DNA from: Pseudomonadota bacterium
GTDB taxonomy: Bacteria; Bdellovibrionota_B; Oligoflexia; Oligoflexales; CAIYRB01
Reading direction: 5' to 3'
Length of the DNA: 43,331 nucleotides
NCBI GenBank assembly: GCA_031416315.1
Contig: JANOTL010000121.1
Coordinates: 1-43,331, forward strand
Of this stretch, positions 9,627 through 18,063 are shown piece after piece; within the stretch, counting starts at the first letter, position 1, and every line of letters begins with the position of its first letter. The notes below the pieces were generated by a model. It searched no databases. It saw only the letters and a list, made by a program, of their open reading frames with translations, and was not told the DNA's origin. Both the position numbers and the translations under genes were made by a program.

Positions 9627-10694
9627 ATGAATCGCGACGACCAGCTCATGCGCCCGCACCCGCCCGCCGTGCGGAAGATCGGCGTCACGCCGCGAGCGCC
9701 GAGCGTGCGGCGACTCGTGCTCTGGCGCGCGGCGCTCGCCGCCGCGGGCGCCTCGCTCACGGTGCTGCCGATCTTCGCGCTCCGCGTGTTGATGATGCTC
9801 GGCCTCGTCGCCATGACGCAGCGGAATGCGGGCCTTCTCACTTATCTTCCGTTCGAGCTGCTCGTGCCCTTCGTCGCGGGTCTCCTTTCGCTGCGCGCGC
9901 GACCGGCGCTGTCCACGCTCGGCCTCTCCACGCGGGTCTTCCTCGCCTCGCTGATCGGCGCGCCGCTTCTCCTCGCCGCCGCCATGGGCCAGGAGGTCTT
10001 GCGCTTCTTCGGCACCGGCGCCGACCTCTGGATGATGCTGATGGGGCTCGTCCCGGCCGTCGGCACGCTCGGCGTGGTCGGCATGCTTTTCGCGTTCTTC
10101 CCGCTGTTGACGCTATCGCTCGGCCTCACCGCCGGCGGCGACTACCTCTTCCGCAAGCGTTATGGCCCCGTCCTCCTCGACGCCGAGCGCGTGCGCGAGC
10201 TCGAGCGGGCGAAGCGGGAGGGCGTCTACGAGATCCCGGGCCTCCCGAGACCCGAGCTGAAGCGGCTCACGCAAAACTATGACTCTTTGCATGAAACGCT
10301 CGCCGAGCGTCTTTCCCGCGAAGATCCGCATTCCGAGACCAGCGCGGAGATTCGCCGTCTGCGCGAGCAGCTGCACGCCGCGCTTGCGGGCCTGGCGCAA
10401 CTCGCGAAGATCCTGCGCCGCAAACTGAGCCCGAGCGAGCTGACCTACGTGCGCTACATGAGCTCTGCGCATCACCTCTACGAAACGCTGTCGCGCCAAA
10501 TCGCGCGCGGCTGCGAAGTCGACGGTCCCGAGCTGCGCCTCATCGTCGCGCAGGGCGACGAGAGCCTACGCGTCTTGAGCGAGGCGGCCACAGCGGTGCG
10601 CCGCATGCGCGTCGGTAGCGGCCGCGAGGCTTTAGACCTCACCGCCGCCGCCCAAGATCTCGACGAGCTGGCAAAGCGCGCGGAGAAGTATTGA
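9627..10694 (+). CDS. Membrane protein with C-terminal coiled-coil domain (possibly XpaC/TelA-partner-like)
   Basis: Several N-terminal hydrophobic helices, then helical domain with KLSPSELTYVRY and LDELAKRAEKY; exact start uncertain (9591, 9627 or 9648). Confidence 0.55.
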   Translation: MNRDDQLMRPHPPAVRKIGVTPRAPSVRRLVLWRAALAAAGASLTVLPIFALRVLMMLGLVAMTQRNAGLLTYLPFELLVPFVAGLLSLRARPALSTLGLSTRVFLASLIGAPLLLAAAMGQEVLRFFGTGADLWMMLMGLVPAVGTLGVVGMLFAFFPLLTLSLGLTAGGDYLFRKRYGPVLLDAERVRELERAKREGVYEIPGLPRPELKRLTQNYDSLHETLAERLSREDPHSETSAEIRRLREQLHAALAGLAQLAKILRRKLSPSELTYVRYMSSAHHLYETLSRQIARGCEVDGPELRLIVAQGDESLRVLSEAATAVRRMRVGSGREALDLTAAAQDLDELAKRAEKY

Positions 10695-11306
10695 ATGAGT
10701 GAGCTCGACCAACTGCGCCGCATCCTGGCCCTCGTGCAGACCGGCGTCACCTACACGAAAGACGTTTACGACCGCGAGCGCTATTTCGAGCTGCGCGAGA
10801 TCGCCGCGAAGATGATCGCCAAGCGCGCGCAGGCTTCCGACGAGACGGTGCAGAACTTCGTCCTGCCGGAGAAGGGTTACGCGACGCCAAAGATCGACGT
10901 GCGCGGCTGTGTCTTTCGCGGCGACCGGATCCTGCTCGTCCAGGAGCGCTCCGACGGCCTTTGGACGCTGCCCGGCGGCTGGGCCGACGTCAACGCGTCG
11001 CCGGCGCAAAACGTCGAGAAGGAGATCGAGGAGGAAGCTGGCCTCAAGACCGAAGCGGTGAAGCTCCTCGCTTGCTACGACAAGCAAAGGCAGGAGCATC
11101 CGCCCGAGCTCTACCACACGTACAAGCTCTTCTTTCTCTGCCGCGTCATCGACGGCGAGCTGCGTCCGAGCATCGAGACGGCGGCCGCCGCCTTTTTCGA
11201 CGAGCGCGAGTTGCCGCCACTGTCCCTGGACCGGGTCACGCCGCGGCAGATCGCCCGGATGTACCAGCATCTTCGCGATCCGGAGCTAGCGACGGATTTC
11301 GACTGA
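10695..11306 (+). CDS. NUDIX hydrolase with Nudix_N domain (YjhB-like ADP-ribose pyrophosphatase family)
   Basis: GYATPKIDVRG and Nudix box WTLPGGWADV...KEIEEEAG; N-terminal QTGVTYTKDVYDRERY. Confidence 0.9.
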   Translation: MSELDQLRRILALVQTGVTYTKDVYDRERYFELREIAAKMIAKRAQASDETVQNFVLPEKGYATPKIDVRGCVFRGDRILLVQERSDGLWTLPGGWADVNASPAQNVEKEIEEEAGLKTEAVKLLACYDKQRQEHPPELYHTYKLFFLCRVIDGELRPSIETAAAAFFDERELPPLSLDRVTPRQIARMYQHLRDPELATDFD

Positions 11307-12612
11307 GCCCGGAAGCCTTCCGCCCGCTCAAGATGAAAGCCGGCGTGTGGCCGATGCCTTTGATCGGGATCTCGCCGCGAGGAATCAGCTCGAACTGGTC
11401 CGCGAGCGCCGCCCGCATCGCCTCGGAGACCTGGATCTCGCCGGGAATGCCGTGCGACTCCATACGGGAAGCCAAATTCACCGCCTCGCCCCAAAGATCG
11501 AACTGGAAGCGGGAGGTGCCGATGACACCCGCGACGACGGCGCCACAGTGGATACCAATGCGAATCTCCAAGCGGTCACCCGTCTCGCGTGCATAGTCTT
11601 CCATCACCGCGCGCATCTCGATCGCCATCTCCGCGAGCTGGACTTGGTGCCCCTCGCCCTTCAACGAGAGTCCCGAGACCGCGAGATAGGCGTCGCCGAT
11701 GGTCTTGATCTTCTCGACGCCCAATTTATCGGCGATCGCGTCAAAGCGGGAGAAGAGGATGTTCAGCATGTCGACCACGGTCTCCGCCGAGCGACGCGTC
11801 GCCAGGGTGCTGAAGCCGACGAGGTCGGCGAAGAGGATTGACACCTCCTCGTGGCGCTCGACGATCGCCTTGCCTTCGCCGCTCGCCTGCTGGCGCAGCC
11901 TCGAGCTGAATTTATCCGGCAGGATCGAGGACAAAAGGCGTTGCGACCAGGCCCTTTCCTGCTCCAGCTCGAGCCGCAGCAGGTATGCGAACCGCTGCGC
12001 GCGGTCCTGAAGGAAGGCGGTCAAAAGCCCGATGGTCGCACCCGAGCCGAACATGCATAAGAGGCCGAAGAAATACCGATTCTCGGCGATGCCGCGGTGC
12101 CAGCAGCCGACGCTGAAGGCGATCGCCAGGGACCCGAGGCCGATGGCACGCACGCCGAACGGAAAGGGCATGGCGGCGATGGCCGCCATGCTCAGAAACG
12201 TCAGGACCACGATGTTCATCAGCCGTTCGAGGCTCGTGAAATGAAACATTGCGAAGATCATGAAACCCACGGTCACCAGCACGATCGAGGCGATGAGGTC
12301 TGCGAACTCGTTGAACCGCGGGAGCCACTGCAGGAAAGTTGCGCCGATCAGGACGGCCGAGAAGACCAGCTGCACCACTAGGACCGCAGGCAGGATCGCG
12401 CCGACGCCGGAGACGATGCCATTGACGATGAAGCCGGCCGCGGTCGTGACGCAGAGCACGAGCATGAGCAATCGAAAGGAGCGACGGCTCGCGTTTAGCA
12501 CTTCGTCGCCGAAACGCTTCTCCAGCTCCGGCCGCAGACGAACGCCGAAACGCCCGCATCCGGCCCGGCGCAGAACCTCGTTCGAACTGTCTTCTTTGGA
12601 GTCGGCTTTCAT
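11236..12612 (-). CDS. Membrane-bound class III adenylate cyclase
   Basis: About six TM helices; LFADLVGFS, KIKTIGDAY, FDLWGEAVNLASRMES; Lys/Asp substrate residues point to ATP. Confidence 0.9.
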   Translation of the reverse strand: MKADSKEDSSNEVLRRAGCGRFGVRLRPELEKRFGDEVLNASRRSFRLLMLVLCVTTAAGFIVNGIVSGVGAILPAVLVVQLVFSAVLIGATFLQWLPRFNEFADLIASIVLVTVGFMIFAMFHFTSLERLMNIVVLTFLSMAAIAAMPFPFGVRAIGLGSLAIAFSVGCWHRGIAENRYFFGLLCMFGSGATIGLLTAFLQDRAQRFAYLLRLELEQERAWSQRLLSSILPDKFSSRLRQQASGEGKAIVERHEEVSILFADLVGFSTLATRRSAETVVDMLNILFSRFDAIADKLGVEKIKTIGDAYLAVSGLSLKGEGHQVQLAEMAIEMRAVMEDYARETGDRLEIRIGIHCGAVVAGVIGTSRFQFDLWGEAVNLASRMESHGIPGEIQVSEAMRAALADQFELIPRGEIPIKGIGHTPAFILSGRKASGLSRNPSLAPDREDAGTSGRSAAA

Positions 12613-12637
12613 CGCGCCTCGAAATTGCGGTAGGATC

Positions 12638-12665
12638 GTGTCGGCCTCGGTCCTGCCGAGCTTGA
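12638..12665 (-). promoter_or_regulatory. Sigma28/FliA-like promoter (adenylate cyclase)
   Basis: TCAA-N16-GCCGACAC on the minus strand. Confidence 0.55.
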
Positions 12666-12708
12666 CGGGATCCGGAAGAAGTAGCCCTCATTACATGGTG
12701 TTAGCTCG

Positions 12709-14796
12709 TTGGCCAAGCTCGAGGAATACAACCGAATCCGCAACTTCGAGGCCACCCCGGAGCCCGCGGGCGAGGTCGAATCCACATCCGCCGACGGCCC
12801 CCTGCGCTTCTTCGTGCAGCTCCACTACGCGACGGGTCTGCACTACGACTTTCGCCTCGAGGTCGACGGCGTCCTGAAGAGCTTCGCCGTACCGAAGGGA
12901 CCCTCCCTGAATCCCTTGGACCAACGCCTCGCGGTGCACGTCGAGGACCACCCGATCAAGTACGGCTCCTTCGAAGGCATTATTCCCCCGGGCAACTACG
13001 GCGCCGGCACCGTCCTGGTCTGGGACGTCGGCACTTACACGGAGAAGACCTCGAGCTCGAGGGAAGAGAGCGACACTAAAATGCGGCTCGGCTTCGCCCA
13101 AGGTCACATGAAGATCGTCCTCGACGGCCACAAGTTGCGCGGCGAGTACGCGCTCGTGCGCCTCAAGGACAAGAAGAGCGCGAACGCCTGGATGCTCTTC
13201 AAGAAGCGCGACCAGCACGCCGCCATCCGCGACGTCCTGCAGGACGGCGTCTCCGCGCGCTCCGGCCGCACGATCAAGGAGATCGAGGCCGAAGCGCCGG
13301 CGAAAGGCGAAGTTTGGCTGTCGCAGCGTCTGACGCCGGAAAAGGGCGTCAAACGCGCCAACGTCCGCAAACCGGCGGCGCCGCCGCCGAAGCCGGCGAA
13401 AACCCCAGGCCTGATCAAGCCGATGCAGCCGGTGATGAAGGACCTCTCCTCCGCCGATCTCGACGCGCCGGAAAGCTACTTGTGGGCACCGGTTAGCGGC
13501 GGAACCCGCGTGCTCGCATTCACGGGGCGCGGCGCGAAGCTCGTCTCCGCGCGCGGGCTCGACCTCGGGCGCAAGCATCCGGAGGCCTTGGCGCGCCTGC
13601 GACAATTCCGCGAGACCTTGGTCTTCGACGGCGAGCTGGCGAAGCGCGGGCCGCACCTCGCCTTGCACGATCTTCTCTGGGAGAAGGATCAAGATCTGCG
13701 CCCGCTACCCTTGGTCGAGCGCCGCGCGAAGCTCGTCCAGCTCGACTTCGCCTCGGATTCCTTCCTTAGCGTCGGCGCCGCGTACGCCACGCCTGAAGAG
13801 ATCCCGGGCGAAACCTTGCACGTGCTCGCGAAAGACCGAATGAGCCCTTATCGCGAAGGCGTGTCCGACGAATGGCTGAAGCTCCCCGCGGCGGCGCAGC
13901 CCGCGCGAGCTCCGCGCGTCGTCCTGACCAACGGCGAGAAGCTGCTCTGGCCCGCGGCGGGGCTCTCGAAGCGTCACCTTTTCGACTATTATGCCGCCGT
14001 CGCGACCGCGATGGTGCCGCATCTCGAGGGGCGCCCGCTCTCTCTGCTTCGCTTTCCGGACGGTGTCGACGGCGAGGGCTTTTTTCAGAAGGACGTCGCC
14101 GGCTTCGGGCCGAGCTGGTTCCGCCGCGAGCGCATCTTCTCGCCCTCGTCGAACCGGTCGATCGACTACGCCGTCTGCGACAACGAGCCCTCGCTCCTGC
14201 ACCTCGCGAACTGGGGCACGATCGAGCTGAATCCGTGGCTGTCGCGGATCGAGACGCCGGACCGTCCGACGTACGCGGCCTTCGACTTCGACCCCGACGC
14301 GCAGGAGTATCCGGAGGTCGCCGAGATCGCGCTGAAGCTGCGCGACGAGCTCGACGCGCTCGGTTTCCACGGCTTCGCCAAGACCTCCGGCGCGACCGGG
14401 ATCCACGTCGCCGTGCCGCTCGGCGCCGCGTTCGATTACGACGAGGCGCGCGCTTTCGCCGAGTTCGTCATGAAGCGCGTGCACGAGCATTTTCCGGCGA
14501 AGACGACGCTCGAAGCGCAGCCCTCGAAACGCCGCGGCGCGCTTTACTTGGACTTCCGTCAAAACCGCCGCGGCCAGACCTTGGCCGCCCCCTACTCCGC
14601 GCGCCCCACGCCCCGCGGCACCGTCTCGGCGCCCGTCACCTGGGAGGAGCTGGAGCATGGCTTCGCGCCGGAGGACGCGACGATCCTCACGATGCCTTCG
14701 CGGCTTGCGCGGCTCGGGGATCTTTGGGCAGAGGTGTTGCAGCCGCCGTCGGCGGAGGCGATTGCGGAGATGCGGAGGATTCTTGCGCAGATTTGA
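12709..14796 (+). CDS. ligD: LigD-like NHEJ protein: 3'-phosphoesterase, degenerate ligase, primase-polymerase
   Basis: PE motifs HYATGLHYDFRLE, AVHVEDHPIKY, NYGAG; Pol motifs FDFDP, KTSGATGIHV, LYLDFRQNRRGQTLAAPYSAR; middle domain keeps VFDGE and PLVERR but lacks the KxDG lysine and the OB fold. TTG start. Confidence 0.88.
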   Translation: MAKLEEYNRIRNFEATPEPAGEVESTSADGPLRFFVQLHYATGLHYDFRLEVDGVLKSFAVPKGPSLNPLDQRLAVHVEDHPIKYGSFEGIIPPGNYGAGTVLVWDVGTYTEKTSSSREESDTKMRLGFAQGHMKIVLDGHKLRGEYALVRLKDKKSANAWMLFKKRDQHAAIRDVLQDGVSARSGRTIKEIEAEAPAKGEVWLSQRLTPEKGVKRANVRKPAAPPPKPAKTPGLIKPMQPVMKDLSSADLDAPESYLWAPVSGGTRVLAFTGRGAKLVSARGLDLGRKHPEALARLRQFRETLVFDGELAKRGPHLALHDLLWEKDQDLRPLPLVERRAKLVQLDFASDSFLSVGAAYATPEEIPGETLHVLAKDRMSPYREGVSDEWLKLPAAAQPARAPRVVLTNGEKLLWPAAGLSKRHLFDYYAAVATAMVPHLEGRPLSLLRFPDGVDGEGFFQKDVAGFGPSWFRRERIFSPSSNRSIDYAVCDNEPSLLHLANWGTIELNPWLSRIETPDRPTYAAFDFDPDAQEYPEVAEIALKLRDELDALGFHGFAKTSGATGIHVAVPLGAAFDYDEARAFAEFVMKRVHEHFPAKTTLEAQPSKRRGALYLDFRQNRRGQTLAAPYSARPTPRGTVSAPVTWEELEHGFAPEDATILTMPSRLARLGDLWAEVLQPPSAEAIAEMRRILAQI

Positions 14797-14808
14797 AGGA
14801 GGAGACCA

Positions 14809-15549
14809 ATGACCCGAACCCTCCCACGACTCACCTTGCTCACCCTGCTCACCTTGCTCACCCTGCTCGCCATCACGGGCTGCGACTGGTTCCGCAAGCA
14901 AACCTCCGCACCCCCGTCCCGCCCGACGGCCGCCGCCCTCGACCAGCTCCCGACCCGCTGCTTCGGCGAGCCGAATGCCCGCCGCAACCTCATCTTCCTC
15001 CACGGCATCCTCCCCGCGGGCCCCACGCCGCCCCAGCTCGATCCGACCGCGGATTTGACCAAGCTCGCCGCCGAGCAAGGGGTCCGGATCGCGATGCCGA
15101 AGAGCGTCTTCCCGTGCCGGAATGCGCCCGAGAAACTCTGTTGGGGCAGCGAATCTCCGGCCGACATCGCCGCGGTCTACGCCGGCATCGTGAAGAGCGC
15201 CGGCCGCTGCTTCGCTCCGGGCACACGCTTCGGTCTGATCGGCTTTTCCAACGGCGGCTATCACGCCGCCCGCGTCGTGATGCGCTGCCTCGCGCCGCAG
15301 CCGGCGATCGCGATCGCGATCGGAAGCGCCGGCGACGTCGCGCTCGCCGCTTCCGACGATCTTTCGGGGTGCGCGCCGCTGACCGTCATGGTCGGAACGG
15401 AAGACGGCGTGATGCGAGAGGCACAGGGATTCGTCGATCGGCTGTCTGCGAAGAGGGCGCAGGTTTCGATGCGGGTTTATCCCGGGGGGCATGCCGTGCC
15501 ATGGGGAGAGCTGGCGAACGTGTTGGCGCCTTACTTGGTGCCTCATTGA
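14809..15549 (+). CDS. Lipoprotein alpha/beta hydrolase (esterase-like)
   Basis: Lipobox ITGC; IFLHG, GFSNGG nucleophile elbow, GTED, PGGH; AGGAGG RBS. Confidence 0.8.
   Translation: MTRTLPRLTLLTLLTLLTLLAITGCDWFRKQTSAPPSRPTAAALDQLPTRCFGEPNARRNLIFLHGILPAGPTPPQLDPTADLTKLAAEQGVRIAMPKSVFPCRNAPEKLCWGSESPADIAAVYAGIVKSAGRCFAPGTRFGLIGFSNGGYHAARVVMRCLAPQPAIAIAIGSAGDVALAASDDLSGCAPLTVMVGTEDGVMREAQGFVDRLSAKRAQVSMRVYPGGHAVPWGELANVLAPYLVPH
14830..14868 (+). repeat. 9-bp tandem repeat (CTCACCYTG)x4 in the signal peptide
   Basis: ctcaccttg ctcaccctg ctcaccttg ctcaccctg ctc, encoding (LTL)4. Confidence 0.9.
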
Positions 15550-15588
15550 GTTTGGAATGAGGGCGGATATGCGGATGGTTAGGGTGAC

Positions 15589-16128
15589 GTGAGGGTGCAA
15601 GCGGAGGCGGAAGACTTAGGCGCAGGCGCCCGTCGAGGCGATACGGGGCCTCGGACCACGTTAACGTCGGCCTGGGCCTTTGCCTCAACCTATCGCCTCG
15701 ACCGGCGCCTGCGCCACGTTCCCGCCGACCCGAAGACGCCGATCCTCGTCTTCAATCGCCAGGGCGACCTGCACAAGAAGGCCGTTTCGCCCGCGCTCGA
15801 CGCCGAGATCCGGCGCGTCCTGGCGCCTCAGGCCGACTGGAGCGCGATCGACGCCGAGTGGCTCAAAGCCGACGACCGCGTTTTTCTCTTCGACTTCCTG
15901 AAGCGCGAGGGCCGCTCCCTCGAGACGATGCCGTATGAAGAGCGCTGGGCGCTCCTACCCCGCGTCTATAGGTCGCCTTTTCTCGAGACTTTAGAGATCT
16001 TCCGCACCGCCGATAAATGCCTCGAGGCATTGGCGCGCACGGAGACCTGGGTCGAAGGGCTGGTCTTCAAATCGCTCAAAGCTCCGGGTTTCTCCGACGC
16101 CTCCGTGGTTCGCTGCCGAAAACGGTAA
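15589..16128 (+). pseudogene. Stand-alone ATP-dependent ligase/nucleotidyltransferase domain, probably 5'-truncated
   Basis: From about 15715: FNRQG, IDAEW (motif III), FLFDFL (IIIa), MPYEERW, EGLVFK (IV); no KxDG-type motif I, and the first ~40 codons look non-coding. Confidence 0.6.
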
Positions 16129-16146
16129 GGGCGTGGGGAAATTTTC

Positions 16147-16290
16147 ATGGCGCGCGCATACGTCGGCACGTCCGGCCGGGTCTATCCGCCTTGGCGCGGC
16201 ACCTTCTATCCTGAAGGCGTGAAGCAGAAGGACTTCGACAACGACGAAAAAGACTTTGCGCCGCGGGATGCGCGGCGCTTTCTGGCGAAT
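16147..16290 (+). pseudogene. DUF72 (YecE-like) gene with large internal deletion
   Basis: N-terminal YVGTSGRVYPPWRGTFYPEG joined directly to C-terminal FDNDEKDFAPRDARRF; frame runs on to a stop at 16428. Confidence 0.75.
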
Positions 16291-16369
16291 TCACGCGAAT
16301 TCACCGCAGAAAAACCGGGTCCAACCACCCGAAAACGCGCCGGAAAGTGCCGCCCCATACCGATACGCC

Positions 16370-16397
16370 TAAAGTGGCGCGTCCCCGCGGCCGATAA
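16370..16397 (+). promoter_or_regulatory. Sigma28/FliA-like promoter
   Basis: TAAA-N16-GCCGATAA, consensus boxes, about 100 bp upstream of the 16496 start. Confidence 0.7.
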
Positions 16398-16495
16398 AGG
16401 TCTCATCCACCCGCGATATCGACAGTGAGTCAGAGACGCTCTGACGCCGACGAAACCCTAGAGGCTCTTTCACGCTTACTTTGGATCCGTCGCGC

Positions 16496-17941
16496 ATGCT
16501 CAAGCGTTCCCACATTCTCGCGAGCCTCTTGCTCGTCGTCTCGACTGGGTGCAAGCCGCCCAAGCCGAAGACGGCCGCGGGCGAGTCGGCGAGCTTGAAG
16601 ACGCTCGACAACTTCGCGGCGCAGAAGACGGTCCGCCAGAACCGCTGCGAAGCGCGCCCCGGAGATGCGACTCGCACCCAGCCCGCGGCCGCCCGCATCG
16701 TCGTCGATCCCGAGCTGAGCACGCGCTTTCCCGACGCCCTCCCCGCCCTGCGTACGACGCTCGGCGCCGTTCCCGACGAAGTGCAGGCCTACTTCGTCGA
16801 GCAGTTCCGCGGCGAGATCCACCTCACTGAAGACGCCAATACCGTCTGTACCGAGAGCTTCTCCGACGCCGACTCGCCACTCTACGTCCCGGAGACGCAG
16901 CGCAAGGCGGTCGCAGGCTGCTTCCGTGAGACGGAAGCCGCGACCGAGACGACCCGTCCGAAGCTCGTCGTCTACCTCGCCCCCAACGCCGAGGCCATCC
17001 GCCACAACCTGGTGCGAGTGTTCGGGTGGATGTTCACCAAGATCTACGCCAAGCGCATGCCGGACGGTCGCGAGGCCGTCAGCGAGAACGAGGCGTTCCG
17101 CAAGTTCATGACGGGCCTCACCGGCAACTTCCTCCGCGACGGCTTGGGATACGGCATCTTCTCGCTGAAGGCGCTCGAGCCGATCCTCGGTCCCGGCATG
17201 GAAGCGGTGGTCAGATCCAACCAGCAGAAGGGCCTGGGCGACCTCCTGACGAACGTCGTCTTCCGCTATGACGGCGAGGCCTCGAATCCCCCCGCCGAGC
17301 AGCGGACCTTGCGCTTGAACCGCCTCTATCACTGGCTCTTCTCGGAGGCGTACGACTCGTACTACTGCCGACCTTTCTCCGAAAAAGACGAGACCGAGGA
17401 CGCGAAGAAGCTCGACCTCCTCGTCGAGCTAGGCAAAAAGGACGGCGGCAAAGAAGGCCCCGAGTTCGTCAAGGCGCGCGAGAAGACGCTCCAAGAAGTC
17501 TCTAACACGCGTCTGATCATGGAAAAGCTCTTTCCGAAGACGTACTGCTTCTTCCAGCTCGAAGGCCTGCCGAGCTTCCACGCGCTCGTGACCGGCGAAG
17601 CCCTGCCCCAAGGCTACATGGCGCCGATGTGCTCGAAGTACAAGTCGGTCGCCGAAAGCGGCGCCGCCCCCGCGCGCGCGCCGAAACAAGGCAGTAGCGT
17701 CGACGCTGAAGGCTTGGCGCTCTTCGACATCAACATGCTCATGGGCCTCTTCACGCAGCTTCAACCTCTGCTCGCGAAAGCCGGCGGCCTCAAAGGGCTG
17801 CTCGGCGGTCTCGGCGGCGGCGGCGGCGGCGGCGGCGGCGGGGCACCTCGACCGCCAGCGCCAAGGCCACAGCCTCAGGACAACGGAGGTGACGATTTCG
17901 GGCCACCAGGAGGAAGCTTCCCCGGCGGCGGGGGAGGATGA
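16496..17941 (+). CDS. Lipoprotein with lethal-factor (ATLF)-like domain lacking HExxH, and Gly/Pro-rich C-terminal tail
   Basis: Lipobox STGC; AVPDEVQAYF...GEIHLT, LVRVFGW, FSEAYDSYY, LFPKTYCFF match the ATLF/Pro-Pro endopeptidase pattern by eye. Confidence 0.6.
   Translation: MLKRSHILASLLLVVSTGCKPPKPKTAAGESASLKTLDNFAAQKTVRQNRCEARPGDATRTQPAAARIVVDPELSTRFPDALPALRTTLGAVPDEVQAYFVEQFRGEIHLTEDANTVCTESFSDADSPLYVPETQRKAVAGCFRETEAATETTRPKLVVYLAPNAEAIRHNLVRVFGWMFTKIYAKRMPDGREAVSENEAFRKFMTGLTGNFLRDGLGYGIFSLKALEPILGPGMEAVVRSNQQKGLGDLLTNVVFRYDGEASNPPAEQRTLRLNRLYHWLFSEAYDSYYCRPFSEKDETEDAKKLDLLVELGKKDGGKEGPEFVKAREKTLQEVSNTRLIMEKLFPKTYCFFQLEGLPSFHALVTGEALPQGYMAPMCSKYKSVAESGAAPARAPKQGSSVDAEGLALFDINMLMGLFTQLQPLLAKAGGLKGLLGGLGGGGGGGGGGAPRPPAPRPQPQDNGGDDFGPPGGSFPGGGGG
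17813..17839 (+). repeat. (GGC)9 trinucleotide repeat, poly-Gly
   Basis: Directly visible; with the following GGG encodes 10 Gly. Confidence 0.95.
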
Positions 17942-18063
17942 GGGCCACCTAGCGGTGGCGGGGGTTGATTCCCCTGAACCCAACCGGCGCGTGCCGCCGG
18001 TCAAATGCAAACCAAACGAACTCGACCCACACATTTTTCTGGCAACGATCGGAGGTCTCCCCC

